From contig OZ242029.1 in the NCBI GenBank assembly GCA_965205015.1, positions 2,720,001 through 2,784,000 on the forward strand: a DNA stretch of 64,000 bases, read 5' to 3'. The notes under the pieces are model-generated. The model worked only from the letters and a program-made list of their open reading frames with translations, was not told where the DNA came from and did no database searches. Numbering within the stretch: the stretch's first letter is position 1; the number at the start of each line of letters is the position of its first letter. Shown here in pieces: positions 1 to 10,591 of the stretch. The DNA comes from Candidatus Poribacteria bacterium. Lineage in GTDB: Bacteria; Poribacteria; WGA-4E; WGA-3G. The position numbers and the translations under genes were made by a program.

Positions 1-426
1 GTCGCGTGCCAAATTTGTTACTGCCAGATTCATAGCAGTATCGCGCTGAACATCTTCCCAGCGTTTGATCCCTGCGAATAGGAGATAACGGGTATAACGA
101 TGAAAAGATTCCTCAAAAAGGGTTTCCCATTCCTCCGACGCCAGTTGAAATCCCTCGCGGGTTCCGTGCTGTTCTTCATGCTCTCGTAACTTTGCGAAAA
201 AGTAATCGTAATAGGACTCTACGCCGTGTGGACGCATACCATCGGGGCGACCGGTCGCGTAAATGCGCGAAATAGTGAAAGCATTGGGTTGTACGACGAC
301 GACTTCCCTGCCATCTTCAATTTGTAGAACACTCACAGGACGTTCTGCATCAAGGTTTAGCGACTCAAGTATTCGGTCAAAGGTTTGAACCCACCGGGTG
401 TTTCTCTGTATAGAATCATTCGCCAT
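1..426 (-). CDS. Conserved hypothetical protein, runs off the window; resembles PVC-group UvrB/UvrC-motif proteins
   Basis: Manual translation from ATG at 426: MANDSIQRN...ATGRPDGMRPHGVESYYDY...FEESFHRYTRY...VQRDTAMNL. Open to base 1, with AAAGGA RBS upstream. Confidence 0.65.
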   Translation of the reverse strand, partial: MANDSIQRNTRWVQTFDRILESLNLDAERPVSVLQIEDGREVVVVQPNAFTISRIYATGRPDGMRPHGVESYYDYFFAKLREHEEQHGTREGFQLASEEWETLFEESFHRYTRYLLFAGIKRWEDVQRDTAMNLAVTNLARD

Positions 427-469
427 TGATATATCCTTTTTTTAATGGTTGTCAGTTGACCGAAGACCA

Positions 470-3400
470 TTAAAGCATCTGAAAATAATCTTGGAGTGGC
501 GTGACTGTAATATCTCCTCGCTGCAACGCGTCAATGGCGTTAACAGCCGCAGCCGCACCGGGTATGGTTGAGAAGATCGGAATATCATGTGCTATCGCCA
601 TCTCGCGAATTAGGAGTTCATTAGGACGGTGTAAGTCCCCGGTCGGCGTATTGATAATGAGATCTACGGCGTGATTTTTGATGTAATCATGAATCGTCGG
701 TCTCCCTTTACCGATACTAAAAACCAGTTCTGACTCCATTCCATTGCGCAAAAGTACCTTTGCGGTTCCGTGTGTAGCGATAAGTTCGAAGCCCATATCC
801 GTCAGTTTCTTGGCGATGAAGATAATGGCACGCTTGTCTTTGTTCCTCACACTGATGAAGACCTTACCGCTGAGCGGTAAAGTATAACCACACGCCTTTT
901 GTGCCTTGGCAAAGGCGCGGGAAACATCAGTATCAATTCCCATAACCTCTCCAGTCGATTTCATCTCAGGCCCCAAGCGCGTGTTTGAACCCGGAAAGCG
1001 GTTAAAAGGAAATACCGGTGCTTTGACACTGAAATACGCGGGTTCAATTTCGTTCGTAAAGCCAAGTTCAGCGAGGGACTTGCCAGCCATCACACGTGCT
1101 GCGAGTTTTGCTAATGGCACACCAATGGCTTTACTCACAAATGGGATAGTTCTGGATGCCCGCGGATTCACCTCAAGCACATAAATCTCATCGTTTTTTA
1201 TGGCGTATTGGACGTTCATTAAGCCACGTACATGTAGTGCTTTCGCCAAGGCATAGGTGAAGGTTTTGAGATTTTCAATCTGTTCATCCACGAGCGTATA
1301 AGGCGGCAACACGCAATCACTGTCCCCTGAATGGATGCCAGCCTCCTCAATGTGCTCCATGATACCACCGATGACGGTCAGGTTTCCATCCGATATTGCA
1401 TCAACATCTACTTCAATCGCTTCTTCAAGGTATTTATCAATGAGTACAGGATGTTCAGGTGAAGCTTGAACAGCGGAGTGCATGTATTCGTGCAGGAGTT
1501 CTTCATCGTAAACGATCTGCATGGCGCGTCCGCCTAAAACATACGACGGACGAACGATAACAGGGTAGCCGAGTGCCGCTGCAATAGGGGCAGCTTCCTC
1601 ACTCGATGTCGCTGTTCCGTTAGGCGGTTGCATTAACCCGATGTCGTCTAAAACCGCTTTGAAAAGACGCCGATCCTCCGAACGCGCGATATCCTCAGGA
1701 CTCGTGCCGATAATCGGCACACCTGCATCTTTGAGCGCAATCGCAAGGTTCAACGGCGTCTGCCCACCGAATTGAACGATAACACCAGAAGGCTTCTCCT
1801 TGTGATAAATATTGAGCACGTCTTCACAGGTTAACGGTTCAAAGTAAAGCCGGTCGGAGGTGTCATAATCGGTACTAACGGTCTCTGGATTGCTGTTTAC
1901 CATGATGGTTTCATAACCATCGGCTTTGAGTGCGAGTGCGGCATGAACACAACAGTAGTCGAATTCGATCCCCTGGCCAATACGATTCGGACCCCCACCA
2001 AGTATCATGATTTTGGGTTTATCAGACGGACGCACCTCATCTTCACTCGAACAGGTCGAATAATAGTAAGGTGTTTCTGCTTCAAACTCCGCGGCACAAG
2101 TGTCAACCGTTTTGAAAGTCGCATCAACGCCGAGTCCCTTTCGACATTCACGGATGGTTTCTTCGGGAACGTCATAGATATCCCCGAGCTGCCGATCTGA
2201 AAATCCAAACTGCTTTGCTTGCTGGAGGAGTTTTCTCGTGAACTCTCCATCTGTTCCAGGTTTTTTTAAATGCTGATCGATGTGGTGTCGAGTATCGGAT
2301 TCGGACAAGGCGTTTTCAAAATCAACAATTTCCTTCATATTGTAGAGGAAAAATGGATCAATGTGTGTGTAAGCGTGAATTTCCTCAATGCTCATCCCAC
2401 GCGCAAGAGCTGCTTTAATATAAAAGATTCGTTTGACGTTCGGAATACTCAACTTGCTCGGTAGTTCAGAAAGTGGTAATTCCTCAAGTGGATGGTTATC
2501 TAAACCGTGCCATCCGGTCTCCAACGAGCGCAATCCTTTTTGTAACGCCTCTTTAAAGGTTCTTCCGATAGCCATTGCCTCGCCGACGGACTTCATCTGT
2601 GTTGTGAGCGTTTCATCGGTCCCTTGGAACTTTTCAAAAGCCCATCTCGGAATCTTGACGACCACATAATCGATAGTCGGCTCAAAGCAGGCAGGTGTTT
2701 CAGCAGTGATGTCGTTAGGGATCTCATCTAAATTATAGCCGACAGCGAGTTTTGCTGCGATTTTCGCAATTGGAAACCCGGTGGCTTTTGACGCAAGCGC
2801 GGAACTCCGGGAAACGCGAGGGTTCATCTCAATAACGACCTGTTTGCCAGTCTTTGGATCAACAGCAAATTGGATATTGGAACCGCCTGTGTCTACACCA
2901 ATCTCACGGATAATCTTAATCGCTGAGTCCCGCATCAGTTGATATTCTTTATCCGTCAATGTTTGGATAGGTGCGACGGTAATACTATCACCGGTGTGGA
3001 CTCCCATAGCATCGACATTTTCGATGGAGCATATTATGACGACGTTGTCTGCCCCATCGCGCATGACTTCCAACTCGAATTCCTTCCACCCGATGACGGA
3101 CTCTTCAATGAGCAGTTCGCTGATTGGACTCAGCGCAAGCCCTGATGCGACCATTTTTTCATATTCTTCGATGTTGTAAGCGATGCCGCCCCCTGTGCCA
3201 CCGAGCGTAAACGCAGGACGAATGATTGCAGGGAAGCCAATCTCTTGAACGAGCGCGAGTGCCTCTTGTACCGAGTGGGCAATGCCGCTTTGCGGAACTG
3301 CCAATCCGATTTCTGTCATCGCCTCTTTGAAGAGGGCGCGATCCTCTGCCTTTTGGATAGCAGGCAATTTCGCCCCAATGAGTTCAACTTCATATTTGTC

Positions 3401-3724
3401 TAATACACCAGATTCCGCGAGTTCAACAGACACGTTCAAAGCGGTTTGTCCACCGAGTGTTGGCAGCAATGCTTGCGGACGCTCCTTGGCGATTATAAGC
3501 TCTACTGTGTCCGCTGTAATTGGCTCAATGTAGGTCTGATCGGCGAAATCCGGATCGGTCATGATAGTGGCAGGATTGCTATTGACGAGGGTGATTTCGT
3601 ACCCTTCCTCTTTGAGAGCCTTACACGCCTGCGTCCCAGAATAATCAAACTCACAAGCCTGTCCAATGATAATGGCACCGGATCCGATAATTAATATTTT
3701 TCTTATATCTGTTCGTTTTGGCAT
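470..3724 (-). CDS. carB: Carbamoyl-phosphate synthase large subunit
   Basis: 1084 aa; MPKRTDI...[21 protein letters not shown], duplicated ATP-grasp domains, C-terminal MGS domain. Confidence 0.99.
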   Translation of the reverse strand: MPKRTDIRKILIIGSGAIIIGQACEFDYSGTQACKALKEEGYEITLVNSNPATIMTDPDFADQTYIEPITADTVELIIAKERPQALLPTLGGQTALNVSVELAESGVLDKYEVELIGAKLPAIQKAEDRALFKEAMTEIGLAVPQSGIAHSVQEALALVQEIGFPAIIRPAFTLGGTGGGIAYNIEEYEKMVASGLALSPISELLIEESVIGWKEFELEVMRDGADNVVIICSIENVDAMGVHTGDSITVAPIQTLTDKEYQLMRDSAIKIIREIGVDTGGSNIQFAVDPKTGKQVVIEMNPRVSRSSALASKATGFPIAKIAAKLAVGYNLDEIPNDITAETPACFEPTIDYVVVKIPRWAFEKFQGTDETLTTQMKSVGEAMAIGRTFKEALQKGLRSLETGWHGLDNHPLEELPLSELPSKLSIPNVKRIFYIKAALARGMSIEEIHAYTHIDPFFLYNMKEIVDFENALSESDTRHHIDQHLKKPGTDGEFTRKLLQQAKQFGFSDRQLGDIYDVPEETIRECRKGLGVDATFKTVDTCAAEFEAETPYYYSTCSSEDEVRPSDKPKIMILGGGPNRIGQGIEFDYCCVHAALALKADGYETIMVNSNPETVSTDYDTSDRLYFEPLTCEDVLNIYHKEKPSGVIVQFGGQTPLNLAIALKDAGVPIIGTSPEDIARSEDRRLFKAVLDDIGLMQPPNGTATSSEEAAPIAAALGYPVIVRPSYVLGGRAMQIVYDEELLHEYMHSAVQASPEHPVLIDKYLEEAIEVDVDAISDGNLTVIGGIMEHIEEAGIHSGDSDCVLPPYTLVDEQIENLKTFTYALAKALHVRGLMNVQYAIKNDEIYVLEVNPRASRTIPFVSKAIGVPLAKLAARVMAGKSLAELGFTNEIEPAYFSVKAPVFPFNRFPGSNTRLGPEMKSTGEVMGIDTDVSRAFAKAQKACGYTLPLSGKVFISVRNKDKRAIIFIAKKLTDMGFELIATHGTAKVLLRNGMESELVFSIGKGRPTIHDYIKNHAVDLIINTPTGDLHRPNELLIREMAIAHDIPIFSTIPGAAAAVNAIDALQRGDITVTPLQDYFQML

Positions 3725-3869
3725 TTTTTAATTATCCGCAAAGCGTTAAACGAAATCGTTTGTTTATTCTCTATTTCTCTCATATCCGCCTGCCGAACCT
3801 GAGACTCGTCTCCGATACAATACTTAAAAGCACGAGTATCGGGTTCGGTTGTTGCAGGTTAAGGTATAA

Positions 3870-4958
3870 TTAAAAATCCATCATTTCTGTAAACCGCGAG
3901 AAGAGATAACTGGCATCGTGCGGACCCGGCGATGCCTCCGGATGATACTGCACAGAAAAGATGGGATATTCTCGATGTTGTATCCCTTCAAGTGTGTCAT
4001 CATTCAGATTGATGTGTGTAACGTCAACACTATTGGGGAGTGAATCGATATCAACGCAGAACCCATGATTTTGTGAGGTAATTTCGACTCGGTTCGTCTC
4101 AAGGTATTTGACGGGTTGGTTTGCACCCCGATGTCCAAATTTGAGTTTAAATGTCTTCCCGCCAAGCGCAAGTCCCAATAGTTGATGTCCTAAACAGATG
4201 CCGAAAAGCGGCTTTTTGCCTATTAGCGTTTGAATTGTCTGGATCGCATAGTCAACGGGCATCGGGTCCCCTGGACCATTTGAGAGAAATACACCATCTG
4301 GTTCCGCCGCGAGGATCTCTTCAGCGGATGTTCTCGCTGGTACGACTTGTACCTCGCAACCGTGTTCGGTCAGTTGGCGCAAAATGTTATATTTAATGCC
4401 GAAATCGAGGGCGATGACGCGATATTTAGGGTGGACGTTATTTTCCTCAATTTGTTGCCACGCATACGAACTCGGACACGTCACCCGTTGCACCAAGTCC
4501 CAGCCTACCAAACCGTGCCATGCTTTAGCTTTCGTGACAAGGTGCTCAGGATTCAGATCCTCCGTAGAGAGACATCCGTTCATCACCCCGTGAACACGAA
4601 GACGGCGGGTGAGTGCGCGGGTATCAATGCCTTGAATCCCAATAATATCGTGTTCAGCAAGGTAAGAATCCAAACTCCATTTTGAACGCCAATTGCTATA
4701 GTATGCACTGTATTCACGAACCACAAACCCTTCCACCTGTGGACCGATAGATTCTACATCCGCTTCGTTACAACCGTAATTGCCTATCAACGGGTATGTC
4801 ATCGTCACGATCTGTCCTTTGTAGGAGGGATCGGTCAAAACTTCCTGATAGCCCGTCATACTGGTATTAAAGACGACTTCACCGGCGGTTTCACCTGTCG
4901 CGCCGAACTGCTCGCCTTCAAAGACTGTCCCGTCCGCTAATGCGAGAATCGCTTTCAT
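3870..4958 (-). CDS. carA: Carbamoyl-phosphate synthase small subunit
   Basis: [33 protein letters not shown] glutamine amidotransferase motifs. Confidence 0.99.
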   Translation of the reverse strand: MKAILALADGTVFEGEQFGATGETAGEVVFNTSMTGYQEVLTDPSYKGQIVTMTYPLIGNYGCNEADVESIGPQVEGFVVREYSAYYSNWRSKWSLDSYLAEHDIIGIQGIDTRALTRRLRVHGVMNGCLSTEDLNPEHLVTKAKAWHGLVGWDLVQRVTCPSSYAWQQIEENNVHPKYRVIALDFGIKYNILRQLTEHGCEVQVVPARTSAEEILAAEPDGVFLSNGPGDPMPVDYAIQTIQTLIGKKPLFGICLGHQLLGLALGGKTFKLKFGHRGANQPVKYLETNRVEITSQNHGFCVDIDSLPNSVDVTHINLNDDTLEGIQHREYPIFSVQYHPEASPGPHDASYLFSRFTEMMDF

Positions 4959-5042
4959 GTTTTTAATTTTCCTTGCGGTTCGTTCAGGCGGATTGCGTGA
5001 GGAACGGTCCTCTCCATATATCCGCCTGCGTGTTTTTGCGAA

Positions 5043-6410
5043 TCAACGCTGAATGCGCGTGTGGCATTCAGCGGGGTGTTTCTGCGTATTGTTGCAGGCT
5101 ACGTGCTTTTTATCGTGAGTTGGGGGCACTCCTATTCTGTTGCCCTCCCTGAGTGTAATCGCCTGCCACCCCTTAAGTTCCCAACCTCCGAAAGGAGTGT
5201 TTTGACTTTTTGAACGAGATTTTGTCACGTCAACCTGACTGACGAAGTCGGGATTAATTACTGTCACATCTCCGACTGCCCCCATAGAAAGGGTTCCACG
5301 ATTGATGCCGAGTATATTTGCTGGAATAGCGGTCATTTTTGAAATCGCCTCAGCCACAGTAAGGTGTCCCGGTTCGACGAGGGACGTAAACACCAGTGGC
5401 ACGCAAGTCTCCAGGCCGATAATTCCATTCGGTGCCGCAAGCATGCCTTGTGCCTTTTCTTGTGGGGTGTGCGGGGCGTGGTCAGTCGCGATTGCATCAA
5501 TTGTGCCATCGCGTAAGCCTTCAATAACGGCTTCAATATCAGTTTGGGTGCGCAATGGCGGATGCATCTTGGCATTCGTTCCCTGTTTTTCTATTTCCTT
5601 ATCGGTAAGGATCCAGTGATGTGGACATGCCTCGGCAGTCACATGGACCCCTCGGCGTTTTCCTTGACGTATCAATTCAACTGCCCCTGCCGTGCTCACA
5701 TGAAGAACATGTAGGTGTCCTCCTGTCATCTCTGCTAACATGATGTCACGAGCGACGATGATGTCCTCCGCAGCGTTCGGGCTTCCGATAAACCCCAATT
5801 TTCGAGACGTTTCTCCTAAATTCATGACGGCTCCTGCGTTGAGGTTGTGCTCTTCACAGTGAACCATGATTGGAAAATTGAGTTCCGCGCTCAAAGCGAG
5901 TGCGTCGCGCATAAGGGCGGCGTTCATGACAGTAACACCATCATCACTGAAGCCAATTGCGCCGGCGGCACGCATCCCACGCATATCCGTGAGTTCATCA
6001 CCCGCGAGATTTTTGGTAATACTTCCGAAAGGGAACACGTTTGTCTCCGCTGTCTCACGCGCGATGTCGTAAATCTGCTCAATCTTTTCGGGTGTGTCGA
6101 TAACGGGAGACGTGTTTGCCATACAAGCGACCGATGTGAACCCCCCTGCTGCAGCTGCAGCCGTGCCCGTCGCAATCGTCTCTTTATGTTCAAAACCGGG
6201 TTCACGCAGATGGACGTGCATATCGATGAATCCCGGTGTAACGATCAGCCCTGTTGCGTCATAGACAGTGGCGGGTGAAGATTCGGAAACGCGTTTTTCT
6301 CCACCACCGACCGCCTTAACTTTGCCGTTGACGATAGAAAGATTGCCAACTTCATCAATGTTGTTAGCGGGATCAATGATACGTCCGTTCGTGATAAATG
6401 CGTCGCTCAT
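5043..6410 (-). CDS. pyrC: Dihydroorotase (type I), with a C-terminal extension derived from a repeat
   Basis: PGFIDMHVHLREPG, HVST, PPLR, ATDHAPH, SKSQNTPF motifs. Confidence 0.97.
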   Translation of the reverse strand: MSDAFITNGRIIDPANNIDEVGNLSIVNGKVKAVGGGEKRVSESSPATVYDATGLIVTPGFIDMHVHLREPGFEHKETIATGTAAAAAGGFTSVACMANTSPVIDTPEKIEQIYDIARETAETNVFPFGSITKNLAGDELTDMRGMRAAGAIGFSDDGVTVMNAALMRDALALSAELNFPIMVHCEEHNLNAGAVMNLGETSRKLGFIGSPNAAEDIIVARDIMLAEMTGGHLHVLHVSTAGAVELIRQGKRRGVHVTAEACPHHWILTDKEIEKQGTNAKMHPPLRTQTDIEAVIEGLRDGTIDAIATDHAPHTPQEKAQGMLAAPNGIIGLETCVPLVFTSLVEPGHLTVAEAISKMTAIPANILGINRGTLSMGAVGDVTVINPDFVSQVDVTKSRSKSQNTPFGGWELKGWQAITLREGNRIGVPPTHDKKHVACNNTQKHPAECHTRIQR

Positions 6411-6961
6411 TCCTCGTCCTTTTCATAAATCACTGCCGAATCTACGCCACTCTCTTCGGCGAGTTTCACCCTGACGAACTCTTTTCGGGAGGTGGGAACA
6501 TTTTTACCGACATAATCGGAGGCAATTGGCAATTCGCGGTGGCCTCTATCAATCAGCGTCACCAATTGGATTGCAGCGGGACGACCGAAATCCATCAGCG
6601 CGTCCATTGCCGCCCGAACGGTCCGCCCGGTGTAGAGTACCTCATCGACTAAAATGACCCATTTTCCCTCAATCTCAAAAGGAATATCGGTACTGTTGAC
6701 TTGGGTGTGTGTCTCATGGAGATTGATATCATCACGGTAGAGGGTGACATCAATCGCGCCTACATCGACTTCAATATTTTCGATCCGCTCAAGGTTTTCG
6801 GCAATACGGTGTGCAAGAATATCCCCCCGACTTTTTACGCCGACGAGTACGAGATCGTCAATGTGTTTATGATTGTGCTCTAAAATCTCGTGGGCGATCC
6901 TGAGTAAGGCGCGACGAATTTCTTCAGTGTTCATGACTTGTGCTTTTTCACGCATTTGCAT
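6407..6961 (-). CDS. pyrR: Pyrimidine operon attenuation protein / UPRTase
   Basis: RALLRIAHEILE, TLYRDD, LVDEVLYTGRTVRAA, DRGHRELPI. Confidence 0.98.
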   Translation of the reverse strand: MQMREKAQVMNTEEIRRALLRIAHEILEHNHKHIDDLVLVGVKSRGDILAHRIAENLERIENIEVDVGAIDVTLYRDDINLHETHTQVNSTDIPFEIEGKWVILVDEVLYTGRTVRAAMDALMDFGRPAAIQLVTLIDRGHRELPIASDYVGKNVPTSRKEFVRVKLAEESGVDSAVIYEKDEE

Positions 6962-7002
6962 TTGTGTGTCCCGTATCAGTGTATCGCTTGCGTTTTGCTA
7001 AT

Positions 7003-7039
7003 AAAAAAAGCCTCTCCCGTCTAATGTGACGAGAAAGGC
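7003..7039 (-). terminator. Attenuator terminator of the pyr leader
   Basis: Minus strand GCCTTTCTCGTC-loop-GACGGGAGAGGC followed by T7, just upstream of pyrR. Confidence 0.88.
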
Positions 7040-7103
7040 GTCATCCAATCGATTCCAATGGACAGTCTACAGTATGATTCCAATTCAAATTGTGTTTTTG
7101 CAT

Positions 7104-7139
7104 CCTTTTTTCAACCTCTCTGGATTGGATTAAAAAGGG
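7104..7139 (-). promoter_or_regulatory. PyrR binding loop RNA element
   Basis: Minus strand CCCTTTTTAATCCAATCCAGAGAGGTTGAAAAAAGG contains UUUAA and the ARUCCNGNGAGGYU consensus within a closing stem. Confidence 0.9.
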
Positions 7140-7208
7140 TTTTTGACATCAACGCTCTACTTCTTGCTATATTATACTACATTTGCGTGTTAATTGCAAA
7201 CTTTTTTC

Positions 7209-7814
7209 TTATGCCCTTTGTTCTACCATGCTTGAGAGGATGCCGAGGATTTTGTCGCACTGTACGATCGGGTAAATTACCATATCAATGTGGAGTCTTT
7301 GCCCTTCCAATTTGAGGAATCGCCAATCTGTCCCCGAAGTGGTAGCCCCATAGATATAAGGGATGTCATTGCCTTTTTCAGTGTTAAAGCGTTGTGCGGC
7401 GAGCATCTCGGCAACACACTGTCCGAGACCTACAGTTAAATCGTCTTTCTTTGCCTCGACAAGAATAATGACGGGTGCTTCTAAAAAAGATTGTACAGGC
7501 GACAAACTCACTAAAAAATCACAAACCCCGGTCAATCCATTTTCGTCATCAATGTTGAAATCAATACCAGAAAAGAGACTGATGCGACGTTCCAGTTGTT
7601 CTCGGAGTTCAACGAGAATATCAGCGATAATCAGTTCTGATTTTGCTTTTTCTGTGTTAATGGTGATCGCTAACGGTACATTTCGTGCTAAAGTCGTTGT
7701 AAGATGTGCGCTCGGATCCACCGACGCTATTTCAGAAAAAATGCCTGCGGATTCAACGATCTCTAATTGAAACGCTGTTCGCACCATTTCTAATGTAAAA
7801 TTGCTATACGCCAT
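7209..7814 (-). CDS. PD-(D/E)xK-fold hypothetical protein (HsdR N-terminal-like)
   Basis: LTGVCDFL...VEAKK...GLGQCVAEM...YGATTSGTDWRFL motifs. Confidence 0.8.
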   Translation of the reverse strand: MAYSNFTLEMVRTAFQLEIVESAGIFSEIASVDPSAHLTTTLARNVPLAITINTEKAKSELIIADILVELREQLERRISLFSGIDFNIDDENGLTGVCDFLVSLSPVQSFLEAPVIILVEAKKDDLTVGLGQCVAEMLAAQRFNTEKGNDIPYIYGATTSGTDWRFLKLEGQRLHIDMVIYPIVQCDKILGILSSMVEQRA

Positions 7815-7823
7815 TTCTAAACC

Positions 7824-7889
7824 TCATGTCTTTTGCTCTACCATGCTGGAAAGGATACCGAGGATTTTATCGCATTATGCAATTGGGTA
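7824..7889 (-). pseudogene. 3' remnant of a tandem paralog of the 7209-7814 gene
   Basis: Translates YPIA*CDKILGILSSMVEQKT* versus YPIVQCDKILGILSSMVEQRA* in the intact gene. Confidence 0.85.
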
Positions 7890-7963
7890 TACTGTTATAA
7901 TAGATATAGCACTTAAAAATTTCTTCTGTCAAGGAAATAAAAAACAAAGCCCTTAACTTTTGA

Positions 7964-8317
7964 TTATTGTCGTTGACGAATCCGAACCCGTCCGGGAGAA
8001 ATAACACTGAAAGTCTCCAGGAATTGGGAACCTTGATTCGCGAAAACATTTGAGATGCTTTTTGCTTTGGCTTGCTTTGACAGACCATCAAGGCGGATAA
8101 GAATAACCCCCGTGTGGATGCGCCCTTGACGGAAAACAAGTTCACCGAAGTCCTTATCTTCCGTAATTAACAGCGCACCATTTTGGTTAGCTTGATCCAA
8201 CACAGTTTCATCGTCAATACTTGGGGCAAACTCGGCAACGTATAAAACATTATGTCCATCCTGCCGAAGGGTTTCTACAATAAGTTTATCAACGTTTTCG
8301 TCTGCTATGAGATTCAT
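7964..8317 (-). CDS. DUF5615 PIN-like toxin (VapC45-like)
   Basis: LIADENV...DDETVL...LITEDKDFGEL; start overlaps the DUF433 stop. Confidence 0.9.
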   Translation of the reverse strand: MNLIADENVDKLIVETLRQDGHNVLYVAEFAPSIDDETVLDQANQNGALLITEDKDFGELVFRQGRIHTGVILIRLDGLSKQAKAKSISNVFANQGSQFLETFSVISPGRVRIRQRQ

Positions 8318-8550
8318 GGGGCTTGTTCTGATATAGGATAAACGACATCAGCGCGAAGGACTTGGGCTGCAAAAAGAAAAGCTGCGCGAATACCCTCCTC
8401 GGTTAAGCGTGGATATGCCTCAAGCAATTGTTCAATCGTTTCGCCTGCTGCGAATTTTTCTAAAATCAATTCGACAGGAATGCGGGTCCCGGCAATAACA
8501 GGTTTTCCCATCATAATAGATGGATTTGATTGGATCCATTTCGTATCCAT
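8314..8550 (-). CDS. DUF433 antitoxin
   Basis: PSIMMGKPVIAGTRIPVELIL...YPRLTEEGIRAA. Confidence 0.92.
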   Translation of the reverse strand: MDTKWIQSNPSIMMGKPVIAGTRIPVELILEKFAAGETIEQLLEAYPRLTEEGIRAAFLFAAQVLRADVVYPISEQAP

Positions 8551-8703
8551 TTTTACTTCCTCCTTTTAATGACCATATTGCCTCAATACGTTGGAAAACC
8601 CACTATTGAATCGGTTTGTGGAATGCTTTTACAATGTAGTGATTTTTCCATTAGTATTATACCATCCGTTAACATCAGAAATCACAGAAAATAAAGACGC
8701 ACG

Positions 8704-9486
8704 CTATTCGTCCTGAATGGCACTAATCTCATCTTCGGAAATCTTATGAACGCTTTTCGGATTAAACGTCTGTGTCGTATCTACGCGGAGGGCTACCTCA
8801 ATCCTGCCACCCGTTAGTACAAAGAACTGGATCAGGAAGCCACCCCCTTGCATCGATTCCACCTGATATTCTTCTGCATCGAGATCTCCGAGCCACTCTG
8901 GTAACGTCTCTTCAAAGTTCGGATCCGCAGTGACCCGATCCGGCAACGCAATAATTAGCGTCCCCGGAGCATCACCGATTGCGTCACCGATGACCTCTCG
9001 TCTTTCTACCATAAACGGGACGACGCGACTGGCATATTCAAAATCATCGGAGTCGGTGCGTTCTGGTGGCACAAGTCCCCAGGTCAAGTGATGGATAAAC
9101 GGATTCCCATATCCCTGCCCAAGCATGTGTTGCAGTGCCGCCCTGTCAACCGGATGCACAACAGCAACATAGTCGAACCATCCGTCATCGCGTGCTGGGC
9201 TCTCTATCGGTAATTGTGCAGAGACATTGATATAATCGCAACCGTCAACAGGCGATGGATAACACCGGGCATCCCATCCGTTGACATAGCCGAGTTGTTT
9301 CAGACCATCAGCAACGAGATGAGGGGGATCACAGAAAATAGCGGCATGATCCATATTCGGATAGATTTCTACACCTGCTCCCATGACACGCTCCGCGACC
9401 TCAGTCGCCTCTGCAAAACGGAGATCGGCGTTTTCAATTGTCAAGTAATCAGAAAAATTTGTTGGTAATGTAATTACGTTTTTCAC
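8704..9486 (-). CDS. Hypothetical protein, possible VOC/HPPD-like non-heme Fe enzyme
   Basis: GTG start at 9486 with GGAGG RBS; DHAA...HHLT...LIQFF...RIEVALR motifs. Confidence 0.6.
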   Translation of the reverse strand: MKNVITLPTNFSDYLTIENADLRFAEATEVAERVMGAGVEIYPNMDHAAIFCDPPHLVADGLKQLGYVNGWDARCYPSPVDGCDYINVSAQLPIESPARDDGWFDYVAVVHPVDRAALQHMLGQGYGNPFIHHLTWGLVPPERTDSDDFEYASRVVPFMVERREVIGDAIGDAPGTLIIALPDRVTADPNFEETLPEWLGDLDAEEYQVESMQGGGFLIQFFVLTGGRIEVALRVDTTQTFNPKSVHKISEDEISAIQDE

Positions 9487-9695
9487 GAGGAACCTCCGTC
9501 TGTATCTCGAAGGGAAGGAATTGGGATAAACGATAAATCCGGTGGATAGTATAAGTTTAACAGAAATAGCGCCCATACGCAAGTGCTTTTTGATAAAATT
9601 TGTCAGCCAAAAGTTGTTGAAAAAAGTGCACATCTCTGCTAATGTTAATATAGGCTTTTAAACCAGCCTTAGACTCAAAAACAGAGGAGCAATCC

Positions 9696-10484
9696 ATGAG
9701 AACAAATACCTTTCGAGAACTACTCAACGCTGACAAACCGACAGTCGGCACGCATATCCATACCACCTGGCCCTCCATCGTTGAGGCGATCGGACACACA
9801 GGATTGTATGATTATGTGGAATTTGTAGGGGAGTACGGTCCGTTTGATCTACACGATCTGGATAATTTGTGTCGAGCGGCTGAACTGCACAATATCTCCA
9901 CAATGATTAAAGTCGACCAAGAGCCACGAGGTTTCATCGCGCAACGTGCGATCGGTTCTGGCTTCCAGAGCGTGCTTTACGCCGACTGCCAAAACGTTGA
10001 AGATGTCAAGGAATGTGTGAGGATTACGCGGGCAGATACTCCCGAAGATGGTGGGAGTTACGGTGTAGCGACCCGCCGGTTTTCCTATATGGGGTATGGG
10101 GGAGGCCCAGAATACGTCCAGGCGCTTCGTGATGTCGTCAACGTCATTATGATAGAGAAAAAAGGGACGGTTGACAACCTTGAAGAGGTGCTATCTGTCG
10201 AAGGTGTTGACATGATTCAGTGGGGCGGTTCGGATTATTCGATGAGTATCGGGAAGGTCGGTCAACGCGGGGCTCCGGAAATCCAGGAAGCACACGATAA
10301 AGTGTTCAAGACGGCTGTAAAGATGGGGGTACCCCCGCGCGCTGAAATCGGGAGTCCCGACGACGCGAAACGCTATCTTGATATGGGAGTCCGGCATTTC
10401 TGCATCGGCACCGATATTTCCGTCCTCTATAGTTGGTGGCGGGAAAATGGTGATGGCTTACGGAAAGTTATTGAAGGGCATTAG
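9696..10484 (+). CDS. HpcH/HpaI aldolase family protein
   Basis: DYVEFVGEYGP, VIMIEK, EEVLSVEGVDMIQWGGSDYSMSIG. Confidence 0.9.
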   Translation: MRTNTFRELLNADKPTVGTHIHTTWPSIVEAIGHTGLYDYVEFVGEYGPFDLHDLDNLCRAAELHNISTMIKVDQEPRGFIAQRAIGSGFQSVLYADCQNVEDVKECVRITRADTPEDGGSYGVATRRFSYMGYGGGPEYVQALRDVVNVIMIEKKGTVDNLEEVLSVEGVDMIQWGGSDYSMSIGKVGQRGAPEIQEAHDKVFKTAVKMGVPPRAEIGSPDDAKRYLDMGVRHFCIGTDISVLYSWWRENGDGLRKVIEGH

Positions 10485-10491
10485 AGGGGGC

Positions 10492-10590
10492 ATCGGCTAT
10501 CGGCTATCGGCTATCAGTATGTGGCGGTTGCAATATTTGTTTCTGCCATGGAAGTTCCGCCCGACAGCCGACAGCCGACCGCTGACAGCC
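10492..10590. repeat. Inverted heptamer array between convergent genes
   Basis: (CGGCTAT)3 ... (CCGACAG)2 CCGACCG CTGACAG. Confidence 0.8.
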
Positions 10591-10591
10591 A

